NCBI GenBank assembly: GCA_035221665.1
Contig: JAVHYY010000078.1
Location: forward strand, 62,001-126,000
Reading direction: 5' to 3'
From: Okamejei kenojei
Taxonomy: Eukaryota
DNA: 64,000 nucleotides
Shown: one piece after another, positions 1 through 12,994 of the stretch
How the letters are laid out: each line of letters starts with the position of its first letter
How positions within the stretch are numbered: the stretch's first letter is position 1
Translations under genes and position numbers: made by a program
The notes under the pieces: generated by a model
What the model saw: the letters and a program-made list of their open reading frames with translations, nothing else
The model's database searches: none
Told to the model about the DNA's origin: nothing

Positions 1-1112
1 GACAGCAGAGCTAGAAACTGGAACAAATTCTAAAGTGCATTCCACAAATAAAACAGCATTTGCCACAGCCCAGGAAACAAGAACAAATCTGGTGGGACTG
101 TAAATCAGCTTCAGTTATTGTAATTTACAAATGCACTAAAAATAAAATAAAATTGATATGCATATGCCTGTGAACCCCATTGGGATCCAGAGCAAATTGT
201 CCAGGAGCATCGGTATAAATAGAACTATCAAATATCTCAACAAATGAAAGTTTAAAGATTTCTAAAAAATAATAAATATTCAAAGCGAAGTGAGATCTAG
301 AAAATGCATTGAAGAGCTGGGCGCGTTTATGGTTTATTTCTCAAATAAAGAAGAATCCTCCACAAATCTCCTCAAGGTTTGTCTACTTCGAAGAAGTTCT
401 CCTCCTCTCTCTGCCAAGAGTTCAGCAACATCCTCTCTCACTGCTCCCCCTCTGTGTTTCCTCCTTTCCTCCGACTCAACGACCACATTTTAACCCAGAC
501 CCGTTACCACAGCCACGTTTGTTTTCTCGGGACTTGCCTGCACCTCCATCTTTTACCTCGTGAGCTCCAGCATCGGTTCCAGGCCTCCCAGTTCAGACCC
601 AACCCGGAATACAGGTTCCGACAGTCGATCTGCCATTTTTCACAACAGTTCTCCTCCCGTGCCCTGTGTTCTACACTGGCTGCGATGCACCGGCACCAAC
701 AGGCCCTTGCTCTGACTCTCCCACAGCTCCGGGCCTCACTCAACCACACCTGCAACGGATCCCAACTGCTCTTCATTCAATGCCAGATCCATACACGCAA
801 CAAATGCTTCCTTTCCTACCTGGACTCCAATAAGGAAAGCAAACTTACCCGCCTCCAGACCGGTCCCTCCGCCGACACTCCTCGACTCGACTGCCCGCAG
901 GCTCCGGGGCTCCACTGCAGGTCTGCGCCGCCTGCCCGACCACCACAAGGCCAAGACCCGCGACCCCATCACTGCCATGAGGAGCAGCACCAACACTCAC
1001 CGCCATCCTGGCCAATCCCAGGCCCAGACCACTGAAACTGACACCGTTGTCGACCTTCACCGCCTCCCCGGAGCCACAACTGCTGCTGCCGCAGACCTTC
1101 ACCGCCACTGCC

Positions 1113-1561
1113 GCCAACTGTCCCGTATTAGCTGGGACATCCCGTATATTGGGCTAAATTGGTTTGTTCCATAGGGACAACATTTGTCCTGTATTTGACT
1201 GCTGCAACTCGGGTCGAGGGGACTGTCGGGTCGGAGCGCCGCGTCCGGCCCCGCATCACCAGTCCCGACGTGCAGCAGCAGCGCCTCGCCCGTGGCCCCG
1301 TCGGTCGGCAGCCCGGCCAGCTGTCCGACCTTCAGACCTTCACTTACCGAACTCATGGCCGATCATCAGTTCATGAGTTGGATGGGGTGCCGGACCAAAA
1401 CTCCTCAGCTGGCTCGCCGGCTGGGCTTTGTACAGTCCAGCACCCGGGTCAACTCATCATTCACCCAGCCACAGCTGATTCGGTCAACGAATTGGCGACA
1501 GGGATTTGTCCTGTATTTTAACCTTTTGTCCCTTATTTGGGAGTGAGAAAGTTGGCAACCC
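1113..1561. mobile_element. Non-autonomous hAT-like element nested in the PLE
   Basis: Right end ...gttggcaaccc (1551-1561); the left end keeps only gccaac (1113-1118) of the complementary TIR. Repeated subterminal tgtccc/tcccgtat motifs at both ends. Interrupts the PLE between its N-terminal ORF and RT. Confidence 0.6.
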
Positions 1562-2401
1562 CAGCTGACCGGGACCACCGACGCTTCATCCGACTGACCT
1601 CCAGTCTCTAGCGGGCTTCCACCAGCAACTCCGCCGACCATCGCCACTCCACCGCCCACCAGTGGGCCGCAGCCGTCGCCTTACCTGAGTCCTTGGCTCC
1701 GCACTGGTCCTAGTCTCCACATTACCTGAGTCCCAGGCTCTGCACCGGGCCCACAGTCTCCACATTGCCTGAGTCCCAGGCTCAGCACTGGGCCCACGAC
1801 TCCACGACGCAGACTCTAACACGGGGTCTGACTCTGCTGGGGCCTACTGCTCCCCCCCTCCTACAGGGAACCTCAGTGGGGGTTTCACTGGTTCTTCCCC
1901 TTCCCCTTTTATCCAGGTGGCCCCAGCAACTCCCCACCCATACAATAGTCCTCATGCCCCCTCCTCTCTGAACACGCACCATCCCCCCACCAGACATCGT
2001 CTCGGCCTCCATCTACTCACCTATCTTCCTCTGACACGAACCCCCACCCTTGCTGGCTGTTCACCATCCCCCTGACCTCTCCCTTTCTGATACGGAATGG
2101 TGTGTCCTCAGCAGAGGCCTCACCTTTGTTCCCCTCCGGCCCCACCTCGAGTTCCGGGTCCGACACGATGTAGAGCTCTTTTTTTATCGCCTCCACTTCC
2201 GGGCCTTTTCCTATGGGAGGGAGTCTTCACCACCCCGTGATGACCCCTTCTCCCGTCTCCACCAGTCCCCCTCCCCTTGAACTCCCCCGGAAGGCCCTCT
2301 AACTTCTTTGGACTTTTTCATTTCCAACTGCTGGCGGGACATCAAACGTCTCAACTTTTTTACTCCCCTTACCTATTCTAACCTCACCCCCTCTGAACGT
2401 A

Positions 2402-3286
2402 CATAGAAACATAGAAGCATAGAAACATAGAAATTAGGTGCAGAGTAGGCCATTCGGCCCTTCGAGCCTGCACCGCCATTCAATATGATCATGGCTGATC
2501 ATCCAACTCAGTATCCCGTACCTGCCTTCTCTCCATACCCTCTAATCCCCTTAGCCACAAGGGCCACATCTAACTCCCTCTTAAATATAGCTAATGAACT
2601 GGCCTCAACTACTCTCTGTGGCAGAGAGTTCCAGAGACTCACCACTCTCTGTGTGAAAAAAGTCTTTCTCATCTCGGTCTTAAAGGATTTCCCCTTATCC
2701 TTAAGCTGTGACCCCTTGTCCTGGACTTCCCCAACATCGGGAACAATCTTCCTGCATCTAGCCGTCCAACCCCTTAAGAATTTTGTAAGTTTCTATAAGA
2801 TCCCCTCTCAATCTCCTAAATTCTAGAGAGTATAAACCGAGTCTATCCAGTCTTTCTTCATAAGACAGTCCTGACATCCCAGAAATCAGTCTGGTGAACC
2901 TTCTTTGCACTCCCTCTATGGCAATAATGTCCTTCCTCAGATTTGGAGACCAAAACTGTACGCAATACTCCAGGTGTGGTCTCACCAAGACCCTGTACAA
3001 CTGAAGTAGAACCTCCCTGCTCCTATACTCAAATCCTTTTGCTATGAAAGCTAACATACCTTTCGCTTTTCCCACTGCCTGCTGCACCTGCATGCCTACT
3101 TTCAATGACTGGTATACCATGACACCTAGGTCTCGCTGCATCTCCCCTTTTCCTAATCGGCCCCCATTTAAATAATAGTCTGCTTTCCTGTTTTTGCCAT
3201 CAAAGTGGATAACTTCACATTTATCCACATTATACTGCATCTGCCAAACATTGACCCACTCACCCAGCCTATCCAAGTCACCATGT
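2402..3286 (-). mobile_element. 5'-truncated CR1/HER1-type LINE nested in the PLE
   Basis: ORF 2758..3468(-) has the CR1 RT C-terminus (WQMQYNVDKCEVIHF, LVRPHLEYCVQFWSP, LEFRRLRGDLIETYKIL). (TTTCTATG)n tail at 2402-2432. The PLE frame resumes on both sides. Confidence 0.92.
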
Positions 3287-5164
3287 AGAGACCTCTGCTC
3301 ACTCTGCAGCGAGCCTGACAATATAATCAAACCCACCGACAAGAGAGATTCCGTGGTTGTCTGGTGCGCTTGACATCTACTGTCACCAGCTGAGGCCAGG
3401 TGACAACTCTCAGACATCTCATCCTTGGACCATGACCCCCACAGATGACCACCAGACCTTAATATCACATTACTTCCAGCTCTCTGCCCTCTTCAGCCTT
3501 CAACCTTATCATTCCCCAGCACGACTTTATCTTCTCCCTAAAATTCACAAACAGAATTGTTCTGGCAAACTCATTGTCTCTGCTTGTTCATGTCCCACTG
3601 AATTAATTTCCACATACCCTGACTCCATCCTATCCCCCTAGTCCAGTCACTCCCTACCTATGTTCAAAACACACCACACGCTCTTCATCTCTTCAATGAC
3701 TTCCGTTTTCCTGGCAGCCATTCCCTCATCTTTACCATGGATGTCCAGTCACTCTACACCTCCATCCCCCACCAGGAAGGTCTTAAAGCCCTCTGTTTCT
3801 TCCTCAACCACAGAATCAACCAATTTCCATCCACTAACACTCTTCTCTGCCTAGCAGAGCTGGTCCCTACCCTCAACAACTTCTCCTTTGACTCCGCCCA
3901 CTTCCGCCAAATCCAAGACGATTTGGGCCCTAGCTACGCCTGCCTCTTTGTAGGAAACGTCGAACAATCACTGGTCAAGGCGTACACTGGCCCTATCCCT
4001 GAACTCTACCTCCGCTACATTGACGAATGCATCAGTGCTACCTCCTGTACCCATGCAGAACTCACTGACTTCATCAACTTCACGACTAGTTTCCATCCTG
4101 CACTCAAATTTTCCGACATCTTCCTACTGTTTCTAGATCTCACCATCTCCATCACAGGAGACGGACTATTGACTGACATCTATTACAAATCCACTGACTC
4201 CCATAGCTATCTAGACTACACTTCTTCCATCCTGTGTCTAGTAAAGACTCTATCCCCTACTCCCAATTCCTCCGTCTACGCCGCATCTGTGCCCAGGATG
4301 AGGTTTTCCATATCAGGTCATCAGAGATGTCCTCATTTTTTAGGGAACAGGGTTTCCCCTCTTCCATTATAGATGAGGCTCTCATTAGGGTCTCCTTGAT
4401 ATCCCGCAGCTCCGCTCTTGCTCCACCTCCCCCATTCGTAACAAAGACAGAGTCCCCCTTGTCCTCACCTTCCACCCCATCAGCCGTCGCATATAGCATA
4501 TAATCCTCCAACATTTTTGCCGCCTCCAACGGGATCCCACTACTGGCCACATCTTCCCAGCTCCACGACTTTCTGCTTTCTGCAGACCGTTCCCTCCGGA
4601 ACTCCCTGGTCAACTCGTCACTTCCCACCCAAACCACCCTCTCCTCAGGTTCTTTCCCCTGCAACCACAGGAGATGCAACACCTGTCCCATTATCTCCCC
4701 CTCAACTTCATCCAAGGACCCTGACAGTCTTTTCAGGTGAGGCAGAGGTTCACTTGTACCTCCTCCAACCTCATCTACTGTATCCGCTGTTCCAGATGTC
4801 AACTCCTGTATATCAGCGAGACCAAGCGCAGGCTCGGCGATCGTTTCACTGAACACTTCTGTTCAGTCCGCCTAAACCTACCTGATCTCCAGGTTGCTCA
4901 GCTTAACTCCCCCCTCCCATTCCCAATCTGACCTTTCTGTCCTGGGCCTCCTCCGTTGTCAGAGTGAGGCCCAGCGCAAATTGGAGGAACAGCACCTCAT
5001 ATTTCGCTTGGGTAGCTTACACCCCAGCAGTATGAACATTGACTTCTCTAACTTCAAATAGCCCTTGCTTTCCCTCTCTCTCCATCTCCTCCCCCTTCCC
5101 AGTTCTCCCACCAGTCTTACTGTCTCTGACTACATTCTGTCTCTGTCCCGCCAACTCTTCTAAC

Positions 5165-5205
5165 ATCAGCCTGAAGAAGGGTCCCAACCCGAAACGTCAC
5201 CCATT
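5165..5205 (+). ncRNA. Minimal type I hammerhead-ribozyme-like motif at the PLE 3' end
   Basis: CTGAAGA (5171-5177), extra A, stem II GGGT-CCCA-ACCC, then GAAA-C-GTC with the palindromic ACGT helix III typical of PLE minimal hammerheads. Helix I is weak, so activity is unproven. Confidence 0.6.
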
Positions 5206-5603
5206 CCTTCTCTCCAGAGACGCTGCCTGTCCCGCTGAGTTACTCCAGCATTCTGTGTCTACCTTTGATTTAAACCAGCATCTGCAGTTCTTTCCTACAC
5301 AAGAATCCTTCATCTTGATGATGTTAAATCAACACCCCATTACAAATAATAAGTTGTCACAACAGCTTAGAGCTATTTACACTGCACCATGATGAGCAGA
5401 ACACACCACATTGATGGATAGAAAATAATAAAATGAAAGGTGCAAAATGATCAGAGGCAAATGAAGCAACATCTTTATCGGTAATGCCTTTCAGCTGTCA
5501 CGTTCTCCATGAACTGCATTTATCTTCTGGAAACATTCTGCTATGCGTCACCAATACAAATGGTTTCAGCTACTCAGAGAAATATGATATGCTTGTGCCT
5601 TAC

Positions 5604-5749
5604 CTCAGCATTGGTTGTGGTGAGTGTGACGGTTGTTCAGCATTGTGGTACTGAGGCAGCTTTTTGGTCACTTGCTTGTAAATATTTCTGGCAGTGACAC
5701 AAATCCAGAAAATCGTAGAGAGTGTGGAGTAGTGTAAAACAATCCCAAC
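5604..5749 (-). CDS. ADGRA1: ADGRA1 coding exon (TM3-ICL2)
   Basis: ccttctag|GTTGGGATT...ATGCTGAG|gtaagg. 146 bp, phase 0 after the previous exon. Translates [48 protein letters not shown](R). Confidence 0.95.
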
Positions 5750-6471
5750 CTAGAAGGTAAAGATATATATATATATATGTATTATATCATCAGGAGAGGA
5801 AAAACAACAGAGATATTTGAGAGTGATAACGCAACACATTTAAAGGATTGACGTGTGAAATGTGCCCTTTGCATGTTTATGAACAAAAAATTCTTGTTCT
5901 CTGAGGGCATCAGTAGATTTTATTCTCTTTTATTTTATTTTATGTTATTTTATTGTATTCTCACGAGGGAAGATAAATATCTGCACAAATAAATCAAAAT
6001 GTATAATTCAAGTTGGAAAAGAATTAAACCTGTTTTAGACATAATTTATAAAAGCATCTCCTGAACGCACGTCTCCCGCCATTTCTGCCATTCATGATTT
6101 TGTTGCCGAACAAATGTCAAAGAAGCAGTCACTGCAGCGTGCGTTCATGTTCGGTTTCTAACGTATTCGTTAAAATTCACAGCAGGTCTTCAGCATAACA
6201 GCAACCAAATTTTTGTTTGAGTTTAGCAGTCAGATTTACATAGCTGTTCACCACAAACATAAACTATCATGTCAGCACAATAACCCAGGCAGGGATACAT
6301 CACAGTCACAATAATGCTGCATCCTGTCCAAGCCATTTCAAGAGGCACAGCATCTTCCAATCTCTTCTGGGACTATGTCTGGAAGGCAGAATTCCCAACA
6401 AGGTGAGGTAAGCAGCCTCCAGAAGGTTCGGTATTTTATTTGGAACGTGTACTGAGGTACAGTGAAATTAA

Positions 6472-6666
6472 TTTTTGTGTACAGTCAGTACAAGTACTAT
6501 TCTCCATGAGCACGTAGAAACATATTAGATAAGCATCTCAGATGCAGTACAAGTGTACAGCAGTAGTACAGTACTATACACTTGAGCTGTATCCGAGATG
6601 CTTTTCTAATAAGTATCTAAGTGCTTATGTAGAGTGATACTTATAGAACTATATATTTACAAAAAG
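6472..6666. repeat. Imperfect ~95-bp-arm inverted repeat (foldback/MITE-like)
   Basis: tattagataagcatctcagatgcag (from 6523) matches the reverse complement of ctgtatccgagatgcttttctaata (from 6587). Similarity continues outward to tttttgt/acaaaaa. Confidence 0.7.
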
Positions 6667-6894
6667 CAGCTACAAAATTAACCAAGACTCTGAAAATAAA
6701 AAAGAATCAAAATATACATTCACATTATTAGATTTGAGGTTAAGAGCACTGAAGGAAGATGAGATAGCTCCCTCCGAAAGCTGCTTTTGCCGGAGTTTCC
6801 ATCAGTGTGATACATCTGGTGTTGCAATAGGCTACTGTTTCAATCATCCTGCCACAAATCACTCTTGAACCACTCCTACGAGCTGATACCCTTG

Positions 6895-7440
6895 TATCCA
6901 GGAAGCATAAACCTCTTCTGCACCATTTCCTAAGCCTCCACGTACTTCCTGACCAGAACTGCATTCAATACTTCAAATGCAGTCCAACCAAAGTTTTATA
7001 ACTTGCAACATGACATTCAGACTCATACCTAATACCCCGACCGATAAAGGCCAGCATATGGAATACTTGCCTTTGTTGGTTCCACTTCTTTACCACTCGA
7101 TCTACTTGTGTTGCTACTATCAAGGAGCTGACTTGGATCCCAGGATATCTCTGTACATCAATGCTTACATTTGACCGAGCAAGGCATACCATGTCACTCT
7201 TGTCCAGATTAAACCACCTTCCATTTTTCCACCGGTATCTGTAACTGATCTATATCCTTTGATAACCTTGTTCACTGTCTGCAACTCAGCCATATGTCTG
7301 TATCAACTGAAAACCCACTCACCAACTCATCTTGCATTTTTGTGCACATTTATATATACATCACAAAACAACAGAGTCCCGGCACTGATCCCTGCAGAAC
7401 ATTAGTTGCAGACCTCCAGCCAGAATAACACCACCACTTC
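6895..7440 (-). mobile_element. Old CR1-type LINE RT fragment
   Basis: Minus-strand remnants MLAFIGRGIRYES, YKTLVGLHLKY, QFWS; heavily frameshifted. Confidence 0.7.
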
Positions 7441-7524
7441 TGACCTCTGTCATTATTCCAGCAGAACTAATGGGGTGCATCCTGATCATTTTCAGAACCA
7501 GTGTGTTTGAGAGTCAGCCAATAA

Positions 7525-8226
7525 AGGGCCTGTCCCACTTACGCGTCCTTGGCACGCAAATTACGTGACCTCGTGGTCACGTTGAGCCGAGATGGTCGAG
7601 CGAAGGTCGGGCACGATTACATGCGTACGCACAGCCGTCTGGAGCGCGTGATGTCATTTGAAGATGGACACAAAGCTGCAGTAACTCAGCGGGACCGGCA
7701 GCATCTCTGGAGAGAAGCAATGGGTGACGTTTCGTGTCGAGACTCTTCTTCAGTCTGAAAAGAGTCTTGACCCAAAATGTCATCCATTGCTTCTCTCCAG
7801 AGCTGCTGCCGGTTCCGCTGAGTTACTCCTGCATTTTGTGTCTATCTTCAATTTTCTTGGCTCCGTTCTGGGAGTAGAAGTGGGGGCGGAATCGAACCCG
7901 CAACGGCCGTGAGCCCCAGGCCGAGTTCGGCGATCGTTTGCCTGCTTCTGCTGCTGTTGAGGGTGAGACGTTGCATCGCGCCAGGGTCTTGGGCCTGTCC
8001 AACTTTGCCCGTCATTTCCGCGACAGGCCGTTGGCGCGCAAAGATTTTGTTTACTGCAAGAATTTCGGAGCGCCCCGTGATGTCGGGACCAGCCCTGCAC
8101 AACTCCGTACCCCTCCGCACTTCTAAGTGGGACCGGCCCCGCGCGGCCGTACGGTGCCCGTATGCCTCAAGCGACCATGAGGTCGCATAATATGCGAGCC
8201 AAGGACGCGTAAGTGGGACAGGCCCT
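7525..8226. mobile_element. PIF/Harbinger-type MITE with nested inverted hammerhead-motif pair
   Basis: TIRs of ~55-60 bp (agggcctgtcccacttacgcgtccttggc... / ...gccaaggacgcgtaagtgggacaggccct). TAA TSD at 7522-7524 and 8227-8229. Confidence 0.88.
7662..7851. mobile_element. Head-to-head inverted pair of PLE-terminus (hammerhead-motif) repeats
   Basis: A minus copy (7662-7755) is fused at cttcagtctgaa to a plus copy (7750-7851). Both match PLE terminus 5167-5270. Confidence 0.8.
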
Positions 8227-8824
8227 TAAGTCCTCACTGAGAACCACAGCTTTGCAACCGAGGCCTGATGTCAAACCAGTATTTACAGGCGTTTGCTTGG
8301 CTAGAGATTTGTTATTAACAACCTTCACATTTTCTCAGAAGATTGTATTTACAGAACAATGGAGCCTCATATTTAGGACATGCAATTTAAAGATGTGGGA
8401 GAGGGAACTGTGCATATGAAGGTCTGCATGTGTAGTTTTCATCACAACAGCTCTTTTCACATCAATATACTGCAGCAGAAATGAACAGTTTATCATTTTC
8501 TGCTAAATTAATTTGATATTAATGACCTTGAAATTTGTGCATGTATTCCTCCAGGCAACCCCCAATTAAGAACCAGCTGAAACAGATTTGTTCTTTTTAA
8601 TGGCTCTCGTACACCTGCCAATTTTATTGTGAAAAATGCATGGGTAACTTCCTCTGTTTGATACATCCAGACAATGAACGTGATATTAACCAGAGAACAG
8701 CTTGGAAGACCTCGATACACTCATTATGTAAAATACCTCCGTCGGCATCACTCAGGAACAAATATAAAGATAGATTATCTCTCGTTATCTGTGAATTAGT
8801 ATCCTAATTGTTTCAATTTCAACT

Positions 8825-9197
8825 TCAGCTTAGTTTTTTATTGTCACGTGCACAGGGTACAGGTACAGGGAAAAGCTTTTGTCACTTGCGATCCAGTCAG
8901 CAGAAAGACTATGCGTGATTACAATTGAGCCATTTACAGTGAGTAGATACTTGATAAGGGAATAATGTTTAGTGTAAGGTGAAGCCAGCAAAGTCCAATC
9001 AAGACAAGTCCAAAGAGGTAGATAGTAGTTCAGCACTGCTCTCGGGTATTCAGTTGTCTGATAACAGCTGGGACGAAACTGTCCCTGAATCTGCAGATGT
9101 GCGTTTTCACACTTTTAAACCTTTTGCCCGATGGGAGAGAGAAGAAGAGGGAGTGGCCAGGGTGCGACTCCTCCTTGATTATGCTGCTGGCCTTGAT
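8825..9197 (-). mobile_element. Rex-Babar-type LINE 3' end
   Basis: Reverse complement of the 3' UTR seen at 30755-31008, 36330-36706 and 57790-58610 (...ggtacacgtgacaataaactaaactg). Confidence 0.75.
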
Positions 9198-9988
9198 CAT
9201 AGTTACAGTAAGAAATATTGCTGTGTGAGTAGAGATTTAAGAGTGTGGAGCGATTGTAATATGTGTTTTTAGATCTGCTTCCGTGGCGAGCACACAAATA
9301 GTCGCCTGGGTTGGGCGCCATCTTGGAAGCTAGGAATGCTGGGAAAGCTAGGATGCTAGGAAGCTTGGAATGCTTTGTTTCTTTGATTTCTATGATTTCA
9401 TCTGATTTGTAGATGTAATTAGAAGAGGACAGTTGGATTCAGGAGGAGGGATATGATCCGCAGGAAGTGTCAATAAATGGGATTTGGAATATGGGTAAGT
9501 GTGCATCACCAAATGCAGTATCCACAAAATCCTCAAAATTCCCTGGGAGTATAAAACCAATATCACATATTCCCTCAGGCCAACATCCCCAGCATTGGGG
9601 ATGGTCCATTGCATAATTGGGACTTGCCATGTTGTTCATATGCCTGACAGCAGGCTCCCAAAATAGACATTCTGCTGTCAGTTCTGTCAGATGGACAGAG
9701 GGAAAGATTCAACAGTAACGCTCAAAGCTTCCTCAAAGTAGTGCAACATCTCCACTGATGTATGTGACTGCTCAAAATAGAGAAGGAGCACTGTGGATGG
9801 CATTAGGAACTCTGAGGCTGTGAATTGGGGACACAATGATACCGTGCATATGCAGAACCTCATAACCCTCCCACCATTTCCTGCCCCATCTGTGGGAGAT
9901 TCCACAAAATCAGAGGCCTCAGAAGAGTGCATGAAGTAGAAATCAGAATCAGGACACTAATAGCGGGCACGTAAAGCAAAGAGAAGTG

Positions 9989-10122
9989 TGTAGGAAGGAA
10001 CTGCAGATGCTGGTTTACATTAAAGATAGACACAAAATGTCTCGACCTGCAACGTCACCCATTTCTTCCATCCAGAGATGCTGCCTGTCCCGCTGAGTTA
10101 CTCCAGCATTTTCTGTCTATCG
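9989..10122. mobile_element. Hammerhead-motif PLE-terminus repeat with inverted 5' part
   Basis: Minus tail (tgtaggaaggaactgcagatgctgg...cacaaaatg) joined to plus body (ctcgacc...gagttactccagca). Confidence 0.7.
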
Positions 10123-12129
10123 AAAGCAAAGAAAGGGCAGCAGAGCTAAAGAAATAATGGAAAGTTTGTATTGAATAGAGCTGAGCAGGATAGGTAAAAG
10201 ACTTAGAGTAGAAAATTAACAGATTAGGTGATTAGTCAATAGCATTATGTGATTATGATGATCTAATGATGGAATATAATTTCCACAGAGTGTCACAAGA
10301 TTAACTTGGAATAATTGACACTCATGACCATTGTAAAGGCATTTAAATAGACAGACAAATATGAATGGGAAATTAAAATAATAGGTTGACAAGAATGTGG
10401 AACAAATTATCATAAAGAGCTCAAAATAGCTCTGAATGGTTCCTGTCAGCAGGTTGGATTCATTGATATTAGATCTATAAAACATCTAGGAAATCTGGTG
10501 CCAATTGTACGTTTTAACTAAATGGTCTGAAAAATGTTTTTACATAACTATCAGAGATAGATAATTATCACATTTTCCAAAGACATTTGGCAAAGAAATG
10601 TCAATCAGCACCACCCATGTCAATTCTTTCCTTGTTATCTCCTGACAGTTAGCTAAAATCCGTCAGAATACTCTCAAAAGTAGGAGTATTGCTTTAGGCA
10701 ATCAGGGATTCTTAATTGAAAACATGTGTGGACATAGAGCAAAGTTTGTTTGAAGAAAATAAAGACTGAATTACTGTATGTCATGGTCTGCTTTCATTTA
10801 GACTCTGTCCCTTGGTTATTATAAATTTTGTTTCTCCTTAAAGGGTGCATTGTTACAAACTCTGCATTACATGGATATAAACGCAGATACTAAATAATAT
10901 GACAACTCTTTCAAAATATATGGATTTTAATGGTTGTGAATGAGATCAATGACTCAAGGAACCAAACCCGATGTTTGTTAAACTATAGCGAATAAATTCC
11001 TAATCAAATTATATAAAAATACTTTGAAATATAGGATTTTCGAGACATGTATGTTGCTTGCATGAATGACAAACTGCAACCAATTACCATCCATATGCGA
11101 TCATTTAAAATGTATTCTCAACATGTGGGAGTTGTTTAAAGACCACTTGATCAGAGTTCAGGTTTGGCATGTTTCAGTTAGGTGGAGGGACAACTGTGGG
11201 CAAGGTATGTAAACCTTGGTTGACAAGGCTGGTTGTACATTTCTTCAAAAAGAAGAAGGAAGCACATATACCGTTTAGGAAGATGAATTCAGACAGAGCT
11301 GCTGAGGAATGTAAAGAAAGCAGGAAAGATCTTGAGCAGGAATTAAGAGAACCAAAAGAGGCCTTGAAATGCCATAGCAAGATGGATGTAGGAGATGCCA
11401 GTTTTTGTTTTCACATATAATGGTAGCTGCCTGGAATGCACTGCCAGGGGTGGTGGTGGAAATAGAAATGACAGTGGCTATCAAGGAGCTATTAGACAGG
11501 CACATGAATATGCAAGGGAAGGAAATGAAGCATGCATAGGCAGAAAGGATGACTTTAATTGAACATTATGGTCAGCAAAGACACAGTGGGCCGAAGGGCC
11601 AGTTCCTGTGCCATGTTGCTCTATGTTCTCCTTAAACATGTCTTGTCTCTGTTGCAAATGGCAAGATACATTCTAAATAAATACGTTTGTACAATGAAAA
11701 AGATCTCCCATGTTGATGCTCATGGCGAGGGAGCAGGTATGCTGTTTCATACAAAGATTATTTTATAATTATGTAAAGATCATGCTATATTTTACAAAGA
11801 CTGGCTACATCAAATGGAAAATTTAAATGATTATATTTTGACATTTTTATTGCTTCTTTAAGGCACATTCCAAGACTTTGTCTACTAGTCAATGCAAAGA
11901 GTAAATAATTGATTATTAATATTATATATACGGACAAAGCACACTCTCTGACATGAGCCTTAAGTTAACCAGGTGGTGTGTCTGAAGAAACAATGGCAGA
12001 TGCCTCAAAGTCAATTGATGAAACAAACACTGAGTGAATCCATCACTTGGACTGCGTCTACTCCAGGAAGTTGTAGAAGCTTAGTCTGCGAACAGCTCAA
12101 AATAAAGATAAATCTTTTTTAGGGGGTAA

Positions 12130-12754
12130 TGGGCCTGTCCCACTTAAGCAATTGTTTCGGCGACTGTCATAGACGTAGCGGGTCGCTGAAAAAACAGCGA
12201 CTGGACCCCCCATGACAATGTCTACGACAAGCTACAACAACCTACCACCTAGTTGACGTTAAGCTACGGCAAGCTACCGACAACCAGCGACCCATTAGGA
12301 CGTCCACCTAGGAACACACCTACCACAACCTACGTCCACCCGCGACAAGCTACGACAAGCTACGACCCTGTCGGAGACAACTGAAGACAACTTAAAACAT
12401 TTCAGTCGCCAGTACCTGTCGCCAGTTGACGTAGGTTGACATAGGTAGTTGTGAATGGAATTCACCAAAGTCAGCACCAGCGACAACCTACGTCACCTGG
12501 CGACAACCTACGTCATGCTGGTGACAACCTACGACAGTACCTACGTCAGGAAAAGTCAAGCTACGCTCATTGGCGTCAAGCCCACTTTTGCCGAAAATTT
12601 TTGAACATTTCAAAATCCAGCGGCGACCAGAAAAACACTACAACTCTTTGGGCGAATGAGGAGACTACTCACGACCAAACAGGCGACACCCCGGCGGCCA
12701 TGTGGCGACAGCCTAGTTGCCTGTAGTCGCCTAAAAAATTGCCTAAGTGGTCCT
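12130..12754. mobile_element. PIF/Harbinger-type MITE
   Basis: Left taa|tgggcctgtcccactt; right TIR truncated (gcctaagtgg-tcct|taa). Internal arrays of cgacaa/acctacg motifs. Confidence 0.75.
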
Positions 12755-12994
12755 TAAGGAATCAAAGGATAATTGAATTGGGCAGGAAGCAGAATTGATA
12801 TAAAAGTGCATCTACAACTTTCCAAAATGAATAAGCAACCTTCAGGGAATCACATAGCATATTACTTTTCCTTATTCTCAAGCATGTTTATATTAAATGC
12901 CAATTTTCCGATGGATTGGACTAATTGGACTAATTGTCAGAATGAGGTGGAATGTTTGGATTTGCCCTTGTCTTTTTATGGATTTACACAACTA

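Larger units (their letters stand above)
363..5300 (+). mobile_element. Full-length decayed Penelope-like element (RT + GIY-YIG endonuclease) with two nested insertions
   Basis: N-terminal ORF 379-1035 (HSHVCFLGTCLHLHLLPREL). VLSRGLTFVP at ~2100 and IIKPTDK at ~3320. RT motifs LYLLPKIHK, MDVQSLYTSIPHQEGL, YLRYIDE, FLDLTI, IPYSQFLRLRRIC. GIY-YIG-type FTCTSSNLIYCIRCSRCQLLYISETKRRLGDRFTEH at 4737-4931. Flanked by a 12-bp TSD with 1 mismatch: aagaatcctcca (351-362) / aagaatccttca (5301-5312). Many frameshifts. Confidence 0.9.
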
